From contig NC_092674.1 in the NCBI RefSeq assembly GCF_964355755.1, positions 11,160,001-11,224,000 of the forward strand: DNA of 64,000 nucleotides, read 5' to 3'. Numbering within the stretch: the stretch's first letter is position 1; every line of letters starts with the position of its first letter. Under the pieces are notes generated by a model, which searched no databases, was not told the DNA's origin, and saw nothing but the letters and a program-made list of their open reading frames with translations. This DNA comes from Antedon mediterranea (lineage: Eukaryota; Animalia; Echinodermata). This document shows positions 41,401 through 53,800 of this stretch, piece by piece. The position numbers and the translations under genes were made by a program.

Positions 41401-43939
41401 GTGAGCAATCGATCATGATTTTCAGTAAGCTTTAAAATGTTATCATAAGCTTTGGAATAACAGTTTTATCATTACAGAGACATCGAACCCAGTCAACTCA
41501 ATCATGCACCAAAAAAAAACAAGATGACAATGTTTCATAAACATATGTAACATAAAAGATGAAAAGTATGAGGGTACGTTTATCAATTCAATTTTATCTT
41601 TTGTGTGCAATTCAAAACTGGTGCTGCTCTACCGATGACAAGGGCGTTAATGATTCGCTACCCAATCATACTTAATACCATGAAACCACTAGTCTCAACA
41701 TAAGATTTTCTCATCTTTATACTATTTTATTTCAGTTTTAATCATCAGGCCATTTTTCATCGTTTGAAAAAAAAAAAGAATTCAGAAACTGGCTTCCAAA
41801 AGGACATGAGGTGATGAGTATCATGGATTGATCAAATAAATCAATTAATCAATCTGTATAAATAATACTAATATGCATACTGAATGTACACTTATTTCTG
41901 ATAAGATACTAAAAGGAGGTTAGATAAGAATCACAGTTATTTTCATCTGTGTCTTATGGCACTTGACTTGCTAATCAGATTAAAATCAATGAAGCGTGAA
42001 ATTGACGATCTGGGAGTAATCAGGTTAATGAGCCATTAGCAATAGCATTATAATCACTCATTATTTGATTACAGGTTAAACATAGGCCAGACATTACCTC
42101 ATTAAGTCAAACCGTCTTTTACAACCTTTGATCACTTTAAAGCCCTCAAGTTTGGGAGAAATGTGCAGAACATGATTGTAACATTGTACATTGCATACCA
42201 TCAGGATCTAGAGATTGCTTAAAGCGCATAATTTTCAGTAAGCTATGGGATCAGATTTCAACCTATTACCCAGGTAATGTATGATATTGATCGGAGAAGA
42301 TTACAGACCAATTTCATCGTTGATGAATGTTGAAGTAAATGTGTAAAGTCAGAACACGTTTATGATATCTACTAATACTATGCTATATGTACATAGATAA
42401 TAATTGAAATATCGATGATGATCAGTAGACGTGTTTAATTTAGTATACGGTACTGACAAGTGTATAAAGCCTTCCCTCGGATATAGTAGACCCATCGCCA
42501 ACAGCGGCATCACGTATGTTGGATCGCAGGGTTGAAAAGGATATTCACAAAGAATAACTAGACATGACTTATCCGGTATTAATGTCTTAAATCTTTTATT
42601 ATTAATTTACTTTAATTTTGTAATCTCCACAGTATAAACATGTTCAAATTTTGTACTGTAAGAAGAATGTTGTTTTATGTATCATGCTCAGCTGTTGTAC
42701 AATTCCCTGTCTTTAACAAATAATTCCTTAGAGATATCAATATAAAGTGTTATCTTTCTGAATGTTTAAGTGCCAATGAAATTGTGTTTAAAAAGCTTGT
42801 TTTTTCCTATTTCTATTGTAACAAAAAGTTTTTTCTGAAGATTATTTTTCTAAGTTATAATTATTAAATTATTTCCTTTTCTTCTAGCAATTTACAGCTT
42901 TTTTTTAAATTAAGAAAATGCTATTGAAATTTATTTTACAGTAAATGTTTTTGCATTCTGTCAGAACAATTTTATTTTCAACTGTATCACTATCATTGAT
43001 TATGTGCAATTATTAATCAATGATATTTATAATGATATTATCTGCCTAGGATTAATAATGTTACTAAGGTCATTATTACAATTAGTTCAACACAACAAAC
43101 ACAATTATGATTAGTTACAGGTACTTAAATTAGCTATTTTCATACGCACATAATCACAAAACAGACGGTCTGAAATTCGCATTCACGTTAAACAAATCGG
43201 AGCATGTTGTATCACCCAAAGATCACCTATCACTGTTGTATAATTGGTTCTGTCGTTATCTTTCAGTAATGTTGTTTTACAACAACATCTAAACCACCTG
43301 CACTAACAAAATTTACTATTGCAAAGAGTCAACTTGATTTCACAATGCCTAATGATGGATGATTTTTAGCCATTGATATTTTCATATCTATTTGCTATGC
43401 AGTTGTCTGCAATCTTGTGCTAGGTCAGCAAATTATAGGTTTTATAATTTTAATACATTGCTTGATTGCATGTCCAACATTAATGGTAAATTTGATGCTT
43501 CATTTGATGCACTATATGTTGGACTATTAAATAAAAATCTACAACCTCACATATTCATTTACAGTAAAGATCTAATAAGTGTGGATGTGCATACCATCAT
43601 TTTATCAGGTTTAAGTGCATTGATAATTTGACTCGTACAGAACTAAGAATATAGTGAAAGACAGAGGGCTTTAAATTCACAGATATGTGTCAGAATGGTA
43701 CTAATGTACAAATACAAACAATGACATTACACATGATTGTAAATGTTCAGCTGGTTTGTAGTAAACAAATTTGGTAATTACTGTACCAATGTCGAAAAAC
43801 TTAGCCTATAGTCATTTTTCTGTGTAAAAAAAGCAACAAAAAAAGCAACAAAACTGTCTTTAAGGTTTACTTTTAACCATTTGAGTTTCTTAATTTTAAC
43901 ATTTAAAAAAAAGAAATTACCACACACTCTACTAACAAA

Positions 43940-44787
43940 GGCCCCGTTTCTGCTGCCAAAAATATACCGTATATATACGGTATATTTTATATACGGTATA
44001 TTTTTTGGCAGCAGAAATGGGTCTCATAAAAAATATACCGTATATATATGCGGTATATATACCGCATAAATATCCCCATCGTTTGTGGATATTATACGGT
44101 ATATTCCAAAATATACCGTATATTTCGTACCCCGTTTCTGCTGCACTCAAAATATACCGTATATGTGACCCGGCCCATGACATGAGGTCAAAAACTAACA
44201 GAGCGTGACGCGTTTGTTTTTCTGCTGCATTGACACACACGTGTATAATAAGCAAGCAACAGATCAAAATATCACTGTGGACTGAAGAAATAACTATTTT
44301 TGCAATTCAATTGTGGGGAGAAGCGAAGGTTGGGGGGCGACTACATGGCAACAGAAGAGATACCGAGATTTACAAAAGTATCTCAAACAAAATAAAGCAG
44401 AATTTGTGGTAGACTTAATAACGCCAAAGTTAAAGGCAAACGCCGTCGTCTTCTTTGCATAAATGTAGTCAATGCCCATTCTACATTTCTAGATTGTTTG
44501 TGCGATGTAAATTCGTTGCCACTTCTGATCATTAGATTTAAAATAGAAAGCAATGCTAAGACGTTTTGAGAAACCATCATTGTTTTGTTTTTGTCATGTC
44601 ACTACACGAGACTCTAGGTCAATCCATACTTCCGTCTCACAAAATGCATTTTGAGTATATGAAAGCCAACTTTTTTTACAGCCCACCCACGAAGTATGTG
44701 CAGCGGAAACGGTGCATGAATTTCATATACGGTATATATACGGTATATTTATACGGTATATTTGGGATTGGCAGCAGAAACAGGGCC
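43940..44787 (+). mobile_element. Related non-autonomous Harbinger-type element with Myb/SANT relic
   Basis: TIRs ggccccgtttctgctgccaa / ttggcagcagaaacagggcc and ATACCGTAT palindromic arrays. Internal WTEEITIFAIQLWGEAKVGGRLHGNRRDTEIYKSISNKIKQ is homologous to the 28.4-kb relic. TSD imperfect (aaa/ata). Confidence 0.82.
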
Positions 44788-46513
44788 ATAGAATCAAAAT
44801 GTTAACATTAACGTCACAGGTTAAAGTTCAATCTATGTGTAGATTCACTAGCATAACTTAATGTAAGGATTTGTAATTAATCCATAGCATATAATGATCT
44901 TGAGCTTTGGCAGAGACTTATCACCTGTGCCTAAGTACAAAAACGTGATTCTAAACCTGAAATATTATCATCAGTTAAAAATGTGATTCATTACGAAAAA
45001 ACATTAGTTAAATTGGAAATCCTATACGAACCCATGAATTACATGCATTAGGTGATGTGAAGAATTTTAATAGAATGAGGACATGAACCTCTGTGACAAA
45101 GTGAGAATATGAACTGAAAGTTTTCATTTATTATTTTAAAAAATGTCACTATGAAACTTCTCTTTTCTCAATGATAATAATCAAGAAAAAAAAAAAAATT
45201 AAGAAAATTAAAAGGCCTGGAAATCCCCGAAAGCAAAAGTAGAGATGGGCTACCCAGAATGAAATGTAATCAAATACCGGTACTACTTAGCAAATAATAC
45301 TGTGAAATGGTGTAAAAACACACAAGACGAAAAAATGACTACAGTAAATGTGAAATGCTCAGACGGTCAAAGTGTCATGGACTCAGGCTCAAAAAGATTT
45401 TATAATACTGTAGATGCCGTCCTAAATAAGGTCTTACAGTATTTAAGAGGATGAAGTAGTGGCATTGTCTGCCAGCTGAGGATTTGGACCAAGAACTTAG
45501 TATGTTTGTTGGCCACCCAACTACATTTCCACTATACAACATACGATATGTTTATTTGTTTGATTTTTCATTTGGGATCAAATAACAACCTAGGATGTTA
45601 TTAATGACACAGATAAATAACCAAATTTGATCCCCTGTATCATTCATGTCAAGCATGTTGGTCTTTTAATCTATTGGAAAAAGAACACAAGCACATTCCT
45701 CATACATAAATCTCCAGTTTCCATAGCAACCAACATGCCTCATGTACCCATATCCAGTTTAAGACTACATTATGTATTAATGACGCAGAATGGCTGTTTG
45801 ATGCGGTTACATTAATGTTTTTACTACAGGAAATAGATCCGGATATTCACCTAATTTACGACAGGTTCAATCTCTTTAAATGGTCATCTGGGTCAAGGGT
45901 CAAACCAAAACCAGACTATGAGGTTTGTGATTCTAACATATGTCTTTAAAAATTCTCCAAAGCCACAGCTTTCATGCAGAATGGTAAAATGTGGTGAGGC
46001 CAATTTCCAGGCTGATGGACAGGATCGAAAGTGCCCTTGCTGACATATTCAAGGAGGATATGTACAAACTTCCACACCTTAGTTGGGCCTAAGGTTAGGA
46101 TGGAATATGATCACAAATAAGTTAAAATAGTTTTAAAATATTTGGGTGTGTTTAGGTCTGAAAATATGGTAGATCTAGACTTCATTTCTGGGTCTGCTAG
46201 GTCGAATATGTTGTAATTTAACAATTACTTAAGTTGAAAATATTTAAAGGAAAACGAAGAAGAAATTCTATTTAATATTTGTTTCTGAATTAAATGTTAC
46301 CACATGTTTTTGGGATATTTTATAATTTTTTTTTATCAACAAGAGTTCGATGACTTGAAAATAATACTTCCAATTCAAGTACTTCCATCTGGGAATTTGA
46401 AAGTTGCAATCTTGTTAAACATAACACATGTTTTTGTGTTTCCAATTGAGTACATACAGAGGAAGAAAAGATTAAAATGCGTACAGTAAAATAAATACAG
46501 AATTTCAACTTAC

Positions 46514-46672
46514 CTTTAGTGAATCAAAACAGGCAATAACTTTGCCATTTTCTACTGTTACAGTTTTGGCAGGATGGGCAAATTTACATTCTGAATCTGG
46601 TCGTTTACACGTGCCTCTTATATACTCGCGACAAGCCTCAAGCGTCAGCCATGCCGTATCACGAACTGCCAT
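46514..46672 (-). CDS. mbl: Muscleblind-like protein, first coding exon (CCCH ZnF1 plus first Cys of ZnF2)
   Basis: Manual translation: [53 protein letters not shown] (53 codons). This closely matches the MBNL N-terminus (human MBNL1 [31 protein letters not shown]...[13 protein letters not shown]). The ATG context is ataATGG with an in-frame TGA two codons upstream. The exon ends AAG|gtaagt, phase 0. Too short for the ORF track. Confidence 0.97.
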
Positions 46673-46893
46673 TATTCATGGAATTTGGCACACAAAGTGG
46701 AATTTTCACAAGACAGTCTAATTTCTATGTTTATCTGCGCAGTTGTAGCTTAGGTCTATGCATAAACTTGGGTTGTTTTGTAGCTGCCGTGTTTTTTTTT
46801 CTAGCTGGCTTTGGTTTGGTCTCTTGCTTGTTCAGTAATTAGTAAAAGTAAAGTTCTGCAGCGTTTAGGTCCGGCAAACAGCTAACAAAAAAT
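46673..46893 (-). other. mbl: 5'UTR part of the ATG-bearing mbl exon (whole exon probably 46893-46514, 380 nt)
   Basis: Acceptor tgttattttttaatgttctcattacag| immediately before 46893 on the minus strand. This implies an upstream non-coding exon, which I could not locate. Confidence 0.65.
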
Positions 46894-47237
46894 CTGTAAT
46901 GAGAACATTAAAAAATAACAATAATTTTATATCAAACTTTACTATTAAAAGAATGCATACACTACTTTATAATGTAAACAATTGTCAGGTTACAGATATT
47001 GAATTATAGAAAGATTCCCTTTGATGATATTCACAATGTGTTTGCTGCCCTCTATATTCAAATATTCTTAAAACAATAAAGTGAGGTGAAATAGATGTAT
47101 ATTACGACTGTTTATACATCAACTATCACTAAAATGGATAATTTTCAGTTGATATAGATTGTCTGGATTTAAAAGTTGTAAGAATTAATTTTACATAAAA
47201 GGACAACCAAAACTAAATCTAAAAAAGTCACAAGAAA

Positions 47238-47300
47238 TGACCGGGACTCGAACCTACAACCTTCAGATCATTAGCTGGAAATTTACCGCTAGACCACCGA
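47238..47300 (-). mobile_element. tRNA-like SINE head or tRNA pseudogene
   Basis: Minus strand tcggtggtctagcggtaa...aggttcgagtcccggtc carries A and B boxes. No complete acceptor stem is visible. Confidence 0.55.
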
Positions 47301-47428
47301 ATTTATGCTTCATACTTCAAACTACATACAGCAATGTATATTTCATCACATTCATTCTATTCTCATATTTGCCTCGTTACCAATTATGTTCATAAGTTTA
47401 CTTGGCAACTAACATACTAAACATTTAA

Positions 47429-47771
47429 AGATATATTGTCCCCCTAAAAAAATATGTTTTTAATTTTTTTTGTTGAATATGTTATTTTAATGTCACATTA
47501 TAGTTATTCACTCTCACAAAAAATTGGGTCTGAAAAAAATTTATTTACCTGAGAAAAATGTAATTTAAAGCAAAAAATGGTCAAATTGTCTGGAAGACAA
47601 TGAGTTTTTGGGTAATTTAACTGTTTATTTTGTCTTTTTATAGGTGAAATAATTTTTCCCCCGTTTTTTTTCTTATGGAAGTGAACAACTTCATTAAAAC
47701 TGCAAAATGGCCTATTCAAAGTCCGATTTTAAAAATCTTTATTTTTCATGATTTTGGGGGACAATACATCT
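47429..47771. mobile_element. TTAA-flanked MITE (Kolobok-like)
   Basis: TTAA|agatatattgtccccc ... gggggacaatacatct|TTAA: a 16-bp TIR with one mismatch, beginning AG. Confidence 0.82.
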
Positions 47772-48032
47772 TTAAGTCAAAATTAATAACAATTGAATAT
47801 GTAATAATTCCTTTTTGAATGCAAATCTAGTATAGAATAAATACTAGAAGGAACAATGTGTTGAGAAATGTTAAGATGGATTACATGGTATTTATAGTAA
47901 TCCCACCAACAACAATAAGTATTAGTTAGGATTAGAGTGTAATAGTACAGTACCAATCAGTTTTAGCACAATGCATAAGTCATGCTTATTGTATAATAAT
48001 AATATAATAAAACAAACATGTGAGATGTATGG

Positions 48033-48192
48033 AAATATCTTATGGTTCACTGAACTCTTTACTTAAGCAGTATTATTACTACTTGCATAATAAGTGACAA
48101 GGGGCAGGAGATGTTTCGTAAATATCTTATTGTTCACTGAACTCTTTACTTAAGCAGTATTATTACTACTGGCATAATAAGTGATAAGGGGC
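48033..48192. repeat. Tandem duplication, ~72-bp core with ~88-bp period
   Basis: aaatatcttat(g/t)gttcactgaactctttacttaagcagtattattactact(t/g)gcataataagtga(c/t)aaggggc occurs twice. Confidence 0.9.
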
Positions 48193-48649
48193 TGGGTATA
48201 ACATTTGGGGAAAATTAGGTGGTGTGATTATAGATTCTATAGATTACATTCACAATGGATTAACCAAATGGGTATGAAATTTAGCCTGAACAAGGGTGTG
48301 GGATTATACCTGAGCTACCATATCGTAAGAAAATGGTTATTTCAGAATAGGACTAAAAAGCTGAAAACACAATACAACATTATAATGTGAAGTAATGTAT
48401 TGTAGGCACAATTGATATAGCGCAATTATCTTCAAAGTCAATTATTATAATATCTGTATTTAGTAAGTTTTAATAACAGCATTGTTACAACAGAAATCAC
48501 CTGGTACCACAGTTTTGGATCCTCTTGGGCGTTTTAAATAATTAGCTATAGCTATGGAAATAATTTATTTATTTACTTCCATATCTATTCTATAAATGAT
48601 GCTATAAAAGATTCTAATGTTAAGGCAGAGACATTATAATCCAATTTTT

Positions 48650-48930
48650 GGAAAGAGGTTTGCCTTACTCGCTCCATGGTTTTGGTAGAACAAGTCTTCT
48701 CAAATAAGGATTATAAACAGTAGTTCCCAATGTGCTCTCTAAAGCAAAGAATGCATCTGTCATAACGAGTAGGGGTTGGTTACCCTGGTGTAGTATTTCT
48801 ACACAGTCCCTGTTGTGGATAGATAAGTGCCTGTTTACATTGCATTGACAAGATGTGACCCTAGGGAAGGAGCATAATTGAAAAGTGCCTTAAGATCTTC
48901 TATTGTTGAAGGTGTTACAAAGCATTACAT
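48650..48930 (+). mobile_element. Degenerate SINE with Deu/Nin-like core
   Basis: ggtagaacaagtcttctcaaataaggattataaac and acgagtaggggttggttaccctggtgta match the reverse complement of the 56.6-56.8-kb copy. Confidence 0.55.
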
Positions 48931-49579
48931 CACTATTTTTTCCCAAGATCACTGCAGGACATATATTGTAATTTGATGCTGGCTTTTTAGGCCAGGTGAA
49001 ATGTATGTCAATTATATTATATTTTCATCTATAGTTGACACACGGACTATGATATTAAATGACTCATTTGATGTAAAAGACCATTTAATTATAATACCAA
49101 CCTATAAAATGTTTATGGCTTATACAGCATAAGAATGCATAGATTCAAATTCAAAAATAGATGTTGGTATTGTGTGTAAAATAACATTTATTATAAAAAC
49201 ATAATTTCTTTCTCCTTGTTTGCCATTATGACCCTTTTGGTAAGATTTCGTCTCAGAATAACACAATTTCCATGAGTTTCTTTGAAAATAGATTAGGATG
49301 CTGTAGGGTAGACAATATCAATTTTACAAAATGAACACTAAAATATTTAAATTAAAACAACAGATATCGACAATACGTAGGCAAAAACTTATGTAATACT
49401 GATTATTCTCCTGTATCTAGCAAAGAGGCCTAGGCGAGGGAAAAGATCATGGATATAGAGGTGAAAATAGTCTTGATTGTGAATAATCTTTTTGTCAGGA
49501 TTAGGCCTGTATTTTATGTTGTATTTTCTGGAAGTTTATGGTAAAAACTAGTTTAAAGAAATAATTGTTTTAACGATTA

Positions 49580-49752
49580 CAGTTCACTCTCCAAATTAGA
49601 ACTCTCTGAAAATCAGAATCTCTCCCAACAGAATCTTTTACGGGTAAAAAATGTTTATTTAGCACTAATAACATGTTTCAAGTACCAGAATTTCTGAGAA
49701 AACCACACATATAGGCCAGCCCAAGTGTGTCCGGTATTGGGAGAGTTGACTA
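49580..49752. mobile_element. Short decayed Tigger-like MITE
   Basis: ta|cagttcactctccaaatta ... tattgggagagttgacta imperfect TIRs. Confidence 0.4.
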
Positions 49753-50673
49753 ATTTCCTATTTCTTTGATAAAATGATACATCTCAATATGGTATTTCAG
49801 TGTGGAGAATAAATAAAACAAACACAAGGAGGTTAAAGATGGAAGAGGAGAAATGCCACTGCACTCAACTTCTTCCCTGCACAAGTCGTCAAGACTACAC
49901 ATATATTAATATCTTATATATTTTAGACCAATAACATTTCTTTATATTACAATAAAACAATATTTTAGTTTAGGAAGGTCAAATGAATTGAACCAAATAC
50001 AAGGCTATGTTATTAACAGTAAATGTGTTATTATAAAAACACAGGATTATAAAATGAGTTTAAATTAAATAATCTTATAAATGAATAATTTATGTGAATT
50101 TCTTATTATCTATTAATTCAAGGTTTCCCATTGAATTTAAAAATTTAAACAAAGATTTTTTATTTTGGATTTACATTACATTAACAATCAATAAATGTAA
50201 AGTACAATTACACGCTAATGGTTTTCAAGTAACTCTAGGGTTTTATTTTTCAATCATATTATGGAAGGAAAATAATGTAATCCATCAACAATCAAAAACA
50301 TATCTGTATGACATTTATGATTATTACTGTATATTAAAGTGGCCATGTTAAAGATCATTATGCCTTGGATTTAGTATAACTCCCAGCGATACCATTCCTA
50401 TGGTGAATAAGAGAGTTAGACAGGGAGATCACTTGTTAGTAATTCTACATCAGGGGATTTCTTTGAGTGGTTACCTGATTCAAGTTGACAGTGGGTGAAA
50501 TCATTTGAAATAATATTTACAGTTACACTGAGGTGAAAAAACATTTTGCTGGGTAACCCCTCAGAACTTAATGAAATATGCTAAGCAAATACCTTTTCTG
50601 AAAAGTCCTATCTCGATATAGGCCTATTTTTTAAAACATGCATTCAGCTATATTATATATTGAGATCGGTTAA

Positions 50674-50808
50674 AGTCCCATTCCCTACGTTTTTTAGATC
50701 TAATTTAAGGTCACAAACTACATTTAATTTTAAAATAATTACTATATGGTTCTATTGAGAAAACTTTTTTCGTTTCGTAAATGGTCACAAATTGTAGGGA
50801 ATGCCTCT
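50674..50808 (+). mobile_element. 135-bp TTAA-flanked MITE, short relative of 61189-61808
   Basis: TTAA on both sides and imperfect TIRs (cattccctac / gtagggaatg). The first ~110 bp align with the start of the 61.2-kb element. Confidence 0.75.
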
Positions 50809-53800
50809 TTAATTTTCCAAAATTAAGTCGAGTGCGATAAAGGTGTAAAATAGAAACAAAATCTTTGAAGCATTTCTGTACTAATCGCAATAAAGTATGG
50901 CACGGCAAGGTGGCATTTAATATAAGATTTGTATAAATCTAAAACTTTCCTTTTAATATAATATCTCCTTATAAATTTTATATGAACAATTTATCTTTTG
51001 GATTAGAACGCCTAATTATCTAACCGAAAACAAGCAACATCATGAATAACTTTGCTAGAGTTCTCTATTTTAATTAGGAATTTCAACACTTGTGTCATAG
51101 CGAGTAATTAGATTCGTAATTTCATTGAAGGATCACATCACAAATCCTATGGGACCTTGACCAAGTTAGGGATTTAAACATTTTTCTTGTACATAGATTC
51201 TAAATCCAGTCACGAGCGAACGAATTCAAATCAGACATCAAACTAATATTACGCACTTGAATCAACGTAAAGTGATTACAAGAAACAGAAATAACAAAGG
51301 TTTTGGTGAGATGGGGTTCTAAACAAGGTAAAGTTGTATAGACCAGTCTACCCACAGTCAAAGGCTAGGCCCATTTAAATTTGGTCTTAGAGCCTAAACA
51401 GTGTATGCACTCTACAGGTTGGTTTGAGATTGTGCATACTTACTGCACATGTACACTATGCATAGGCCTACCGCACAAAATGTTTAACATTTTCTTTACA
51501 AACCATTACATGAAATGTATCCCAATCATGAGAATGGAACCAAATAATGCATGGCACGTGATATGTAGTGAACCAATCAATTTAGATTTATTTTATACAG
51601 TAAAATACATTTTATTTTTACTATTTCTTTTTTAGTATGGCTGTAAACCATTTTTAACTTTAGGTATACTAATGCTTGGTACCCACAAGAATGCAACGTA
51701 AAGTAATTTAAGAACTGTCGCTTGTCTTTGCATTGCATCCTTGTGAGAACCAACCTTAACTAGGGTGTAACACATTTAATTAAATTTGCAAGTCTATTTC
51801 GTATGAATAATTTAATCTAAAATTATCTTCACCAAGGTGAGTTTAGATTTACAATCAGTACCTCATATACTTATGATACCATATTACAAAATAATCTGAT
51901 ATTTTCTCAGTTATCAAGCATTTGTCATACTTATATATTCAACATAGAAATCTTACAATATAGTCTATTGAATAGCAAAGTATCATTGAGCATTCTTTCA
52001 CTGTCATAGAACATAGCAAATACTGATTTAGGTATGGCCATTAATAAGAATAAAGCTAGGAATTAAAGTAACTCATCTTCTTTGTACAGTGATATTGTTG
52101 CCTATTCATTATTCCATGTTTGCCTTCACTTCAGGGCTAACAGTTAAGTATATAAACTTTAAACATGATATATTGTAACATCTTTACAAAATTAACATTT
52201 TATTCTCTTATATAATTATTATTATTTCACATATAAAATGACCCTAAGAAAAACGGTTGATTTATTAATCATGAAAATCTTTTTTCTACATGGGGTAAAC
52301 AATAATTGCGTTTGATGAAGGTTTTATTAAGGTATTATTAAGTATGTTTACTTTATAATTTCAAGGCTTTCACCCAATTTTAAAATTTTTAAGCGGTGGC
52401 TCCCTATTTCAATGTGATTAAAGAATCTGTTTTTCCATTAGTGACCAAATATATTTAAAAAAATACAAATAATATAGTTTAAATGTAAATAATTGCCTCA
52501 GTAGAATCGGTTTATAGTTTAAAAAAAACCCAAATAAACATGGACCAATCAAAGAGATGGTTTACAAGTAAATAAATAATGGGGAGGGGGAAGGGGTTAA
52601 AAATAAAAATTGTTGTCTACACAGATGTTATGGTATTAAAATTAATTATTATTATTTATTATTAATATGTTATGCATACTACTGTATCATCCAATAGACG
52701 AAAACAATAAAATTCTAAATTATAATTTATAGAGGCCTAGATACAGAGACAAACAACATTAATGTACGTGTAAGTGTGTCTATGGTTTATTTTTAGATTA
52801 AGAGTTGTGAATAGTGAAAATGATCTGGTTAGGTGTACCACAAACTATTTGTTACGATATTCAAATCTCTACATTAAGTGGGAAAAAATCGTATTTTAGT
52901 TTGATTTTCCGGTTTTGTATTATTATCTGTTGTACAGTATATATGGAATATATATAAAAGGACAACTGTCTGGCGTGTGCAGTTTTGAGATAATATGCCT
53001 TCTTAAAAATGTATATGTCAGGTTCATGAACTGTAATTTAAAAAGATTTAGGTAGGGTTATCTAAGAAGAGCCCGCATAGGTCTACCACACTGTATTAAC
53101 ATCACATTCAATTATGCATAATCATTAACACTAACGATAATGACCAATGAGTTTAATTCCATTTCAGTTCAAACAGTAACTTTATCTTTCAAATAGTATG
53201 CTTGTCACGCACTAAACAGACCAGTTTTGAGAAGAATAATTTTTATTTATTTGATTTCAAAGAAACCAATTAAAAATAAAAGATCGTGACGGAAATGCAA
53301 TCACTGTTTTCTAAACGTCAAACAAAATTATACGAATTTCAACATACGATAGAAAGTTTATGTGTATTTTAAAACGCAGAATTAGCTTGTTTTTAACTGC
53401 CGCAACAAACTAACAAATAATTTAAATTCTGTATGTCAAGCATCAGTATCGCTGATTGATAATTTTTTGCATTATTATTGGCATTGAATCTATTCACCCT
53501 GTTTTAATGTAGTGAACTCTTGCTATTTCCGTATGAATGAGTGCATGTTCGATGAAGCCAGCGGGCATAGCTTAGTTGATTAGTACAGTTACAATTAGCA
53601 TCTCTGCCCAAGGGAGAACAACCAGGAGAAAGCGCTATTGATTGCGATTGTTGATTTGAAACATGATAGGGCCTAGAAATGAAAACTGAAACAATTGACC
53701 AAAAGAAAATCAAAGAGGTTTAGTAAATGGTACCACACTGAAACAAGACAAATACTGTCTATTACAGATTAAAAATGTCATCATCTAATGACATCAAAAA

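Larger units (their letters stand above)
9060..46513 (-). other. mbl: 37,454-nt phase-0 GT-AG intron splitting ZnF2 (SLK|GRC)
   Basis: Canonical ends. The position matches the long intron after the first coding exon of vertebrate MBNL1. Confidence 0.9.

Noticed and set aside
45290-46100. Slightly GC-richer, coding-looking plus-strand patches
   Set aside because: Stops in all frames and no identifiable protein family.
47238-47300. Functional tRNA gene
   Set aside because: A and B boxes are present, but the acceptor and anticodon stems are not intact.
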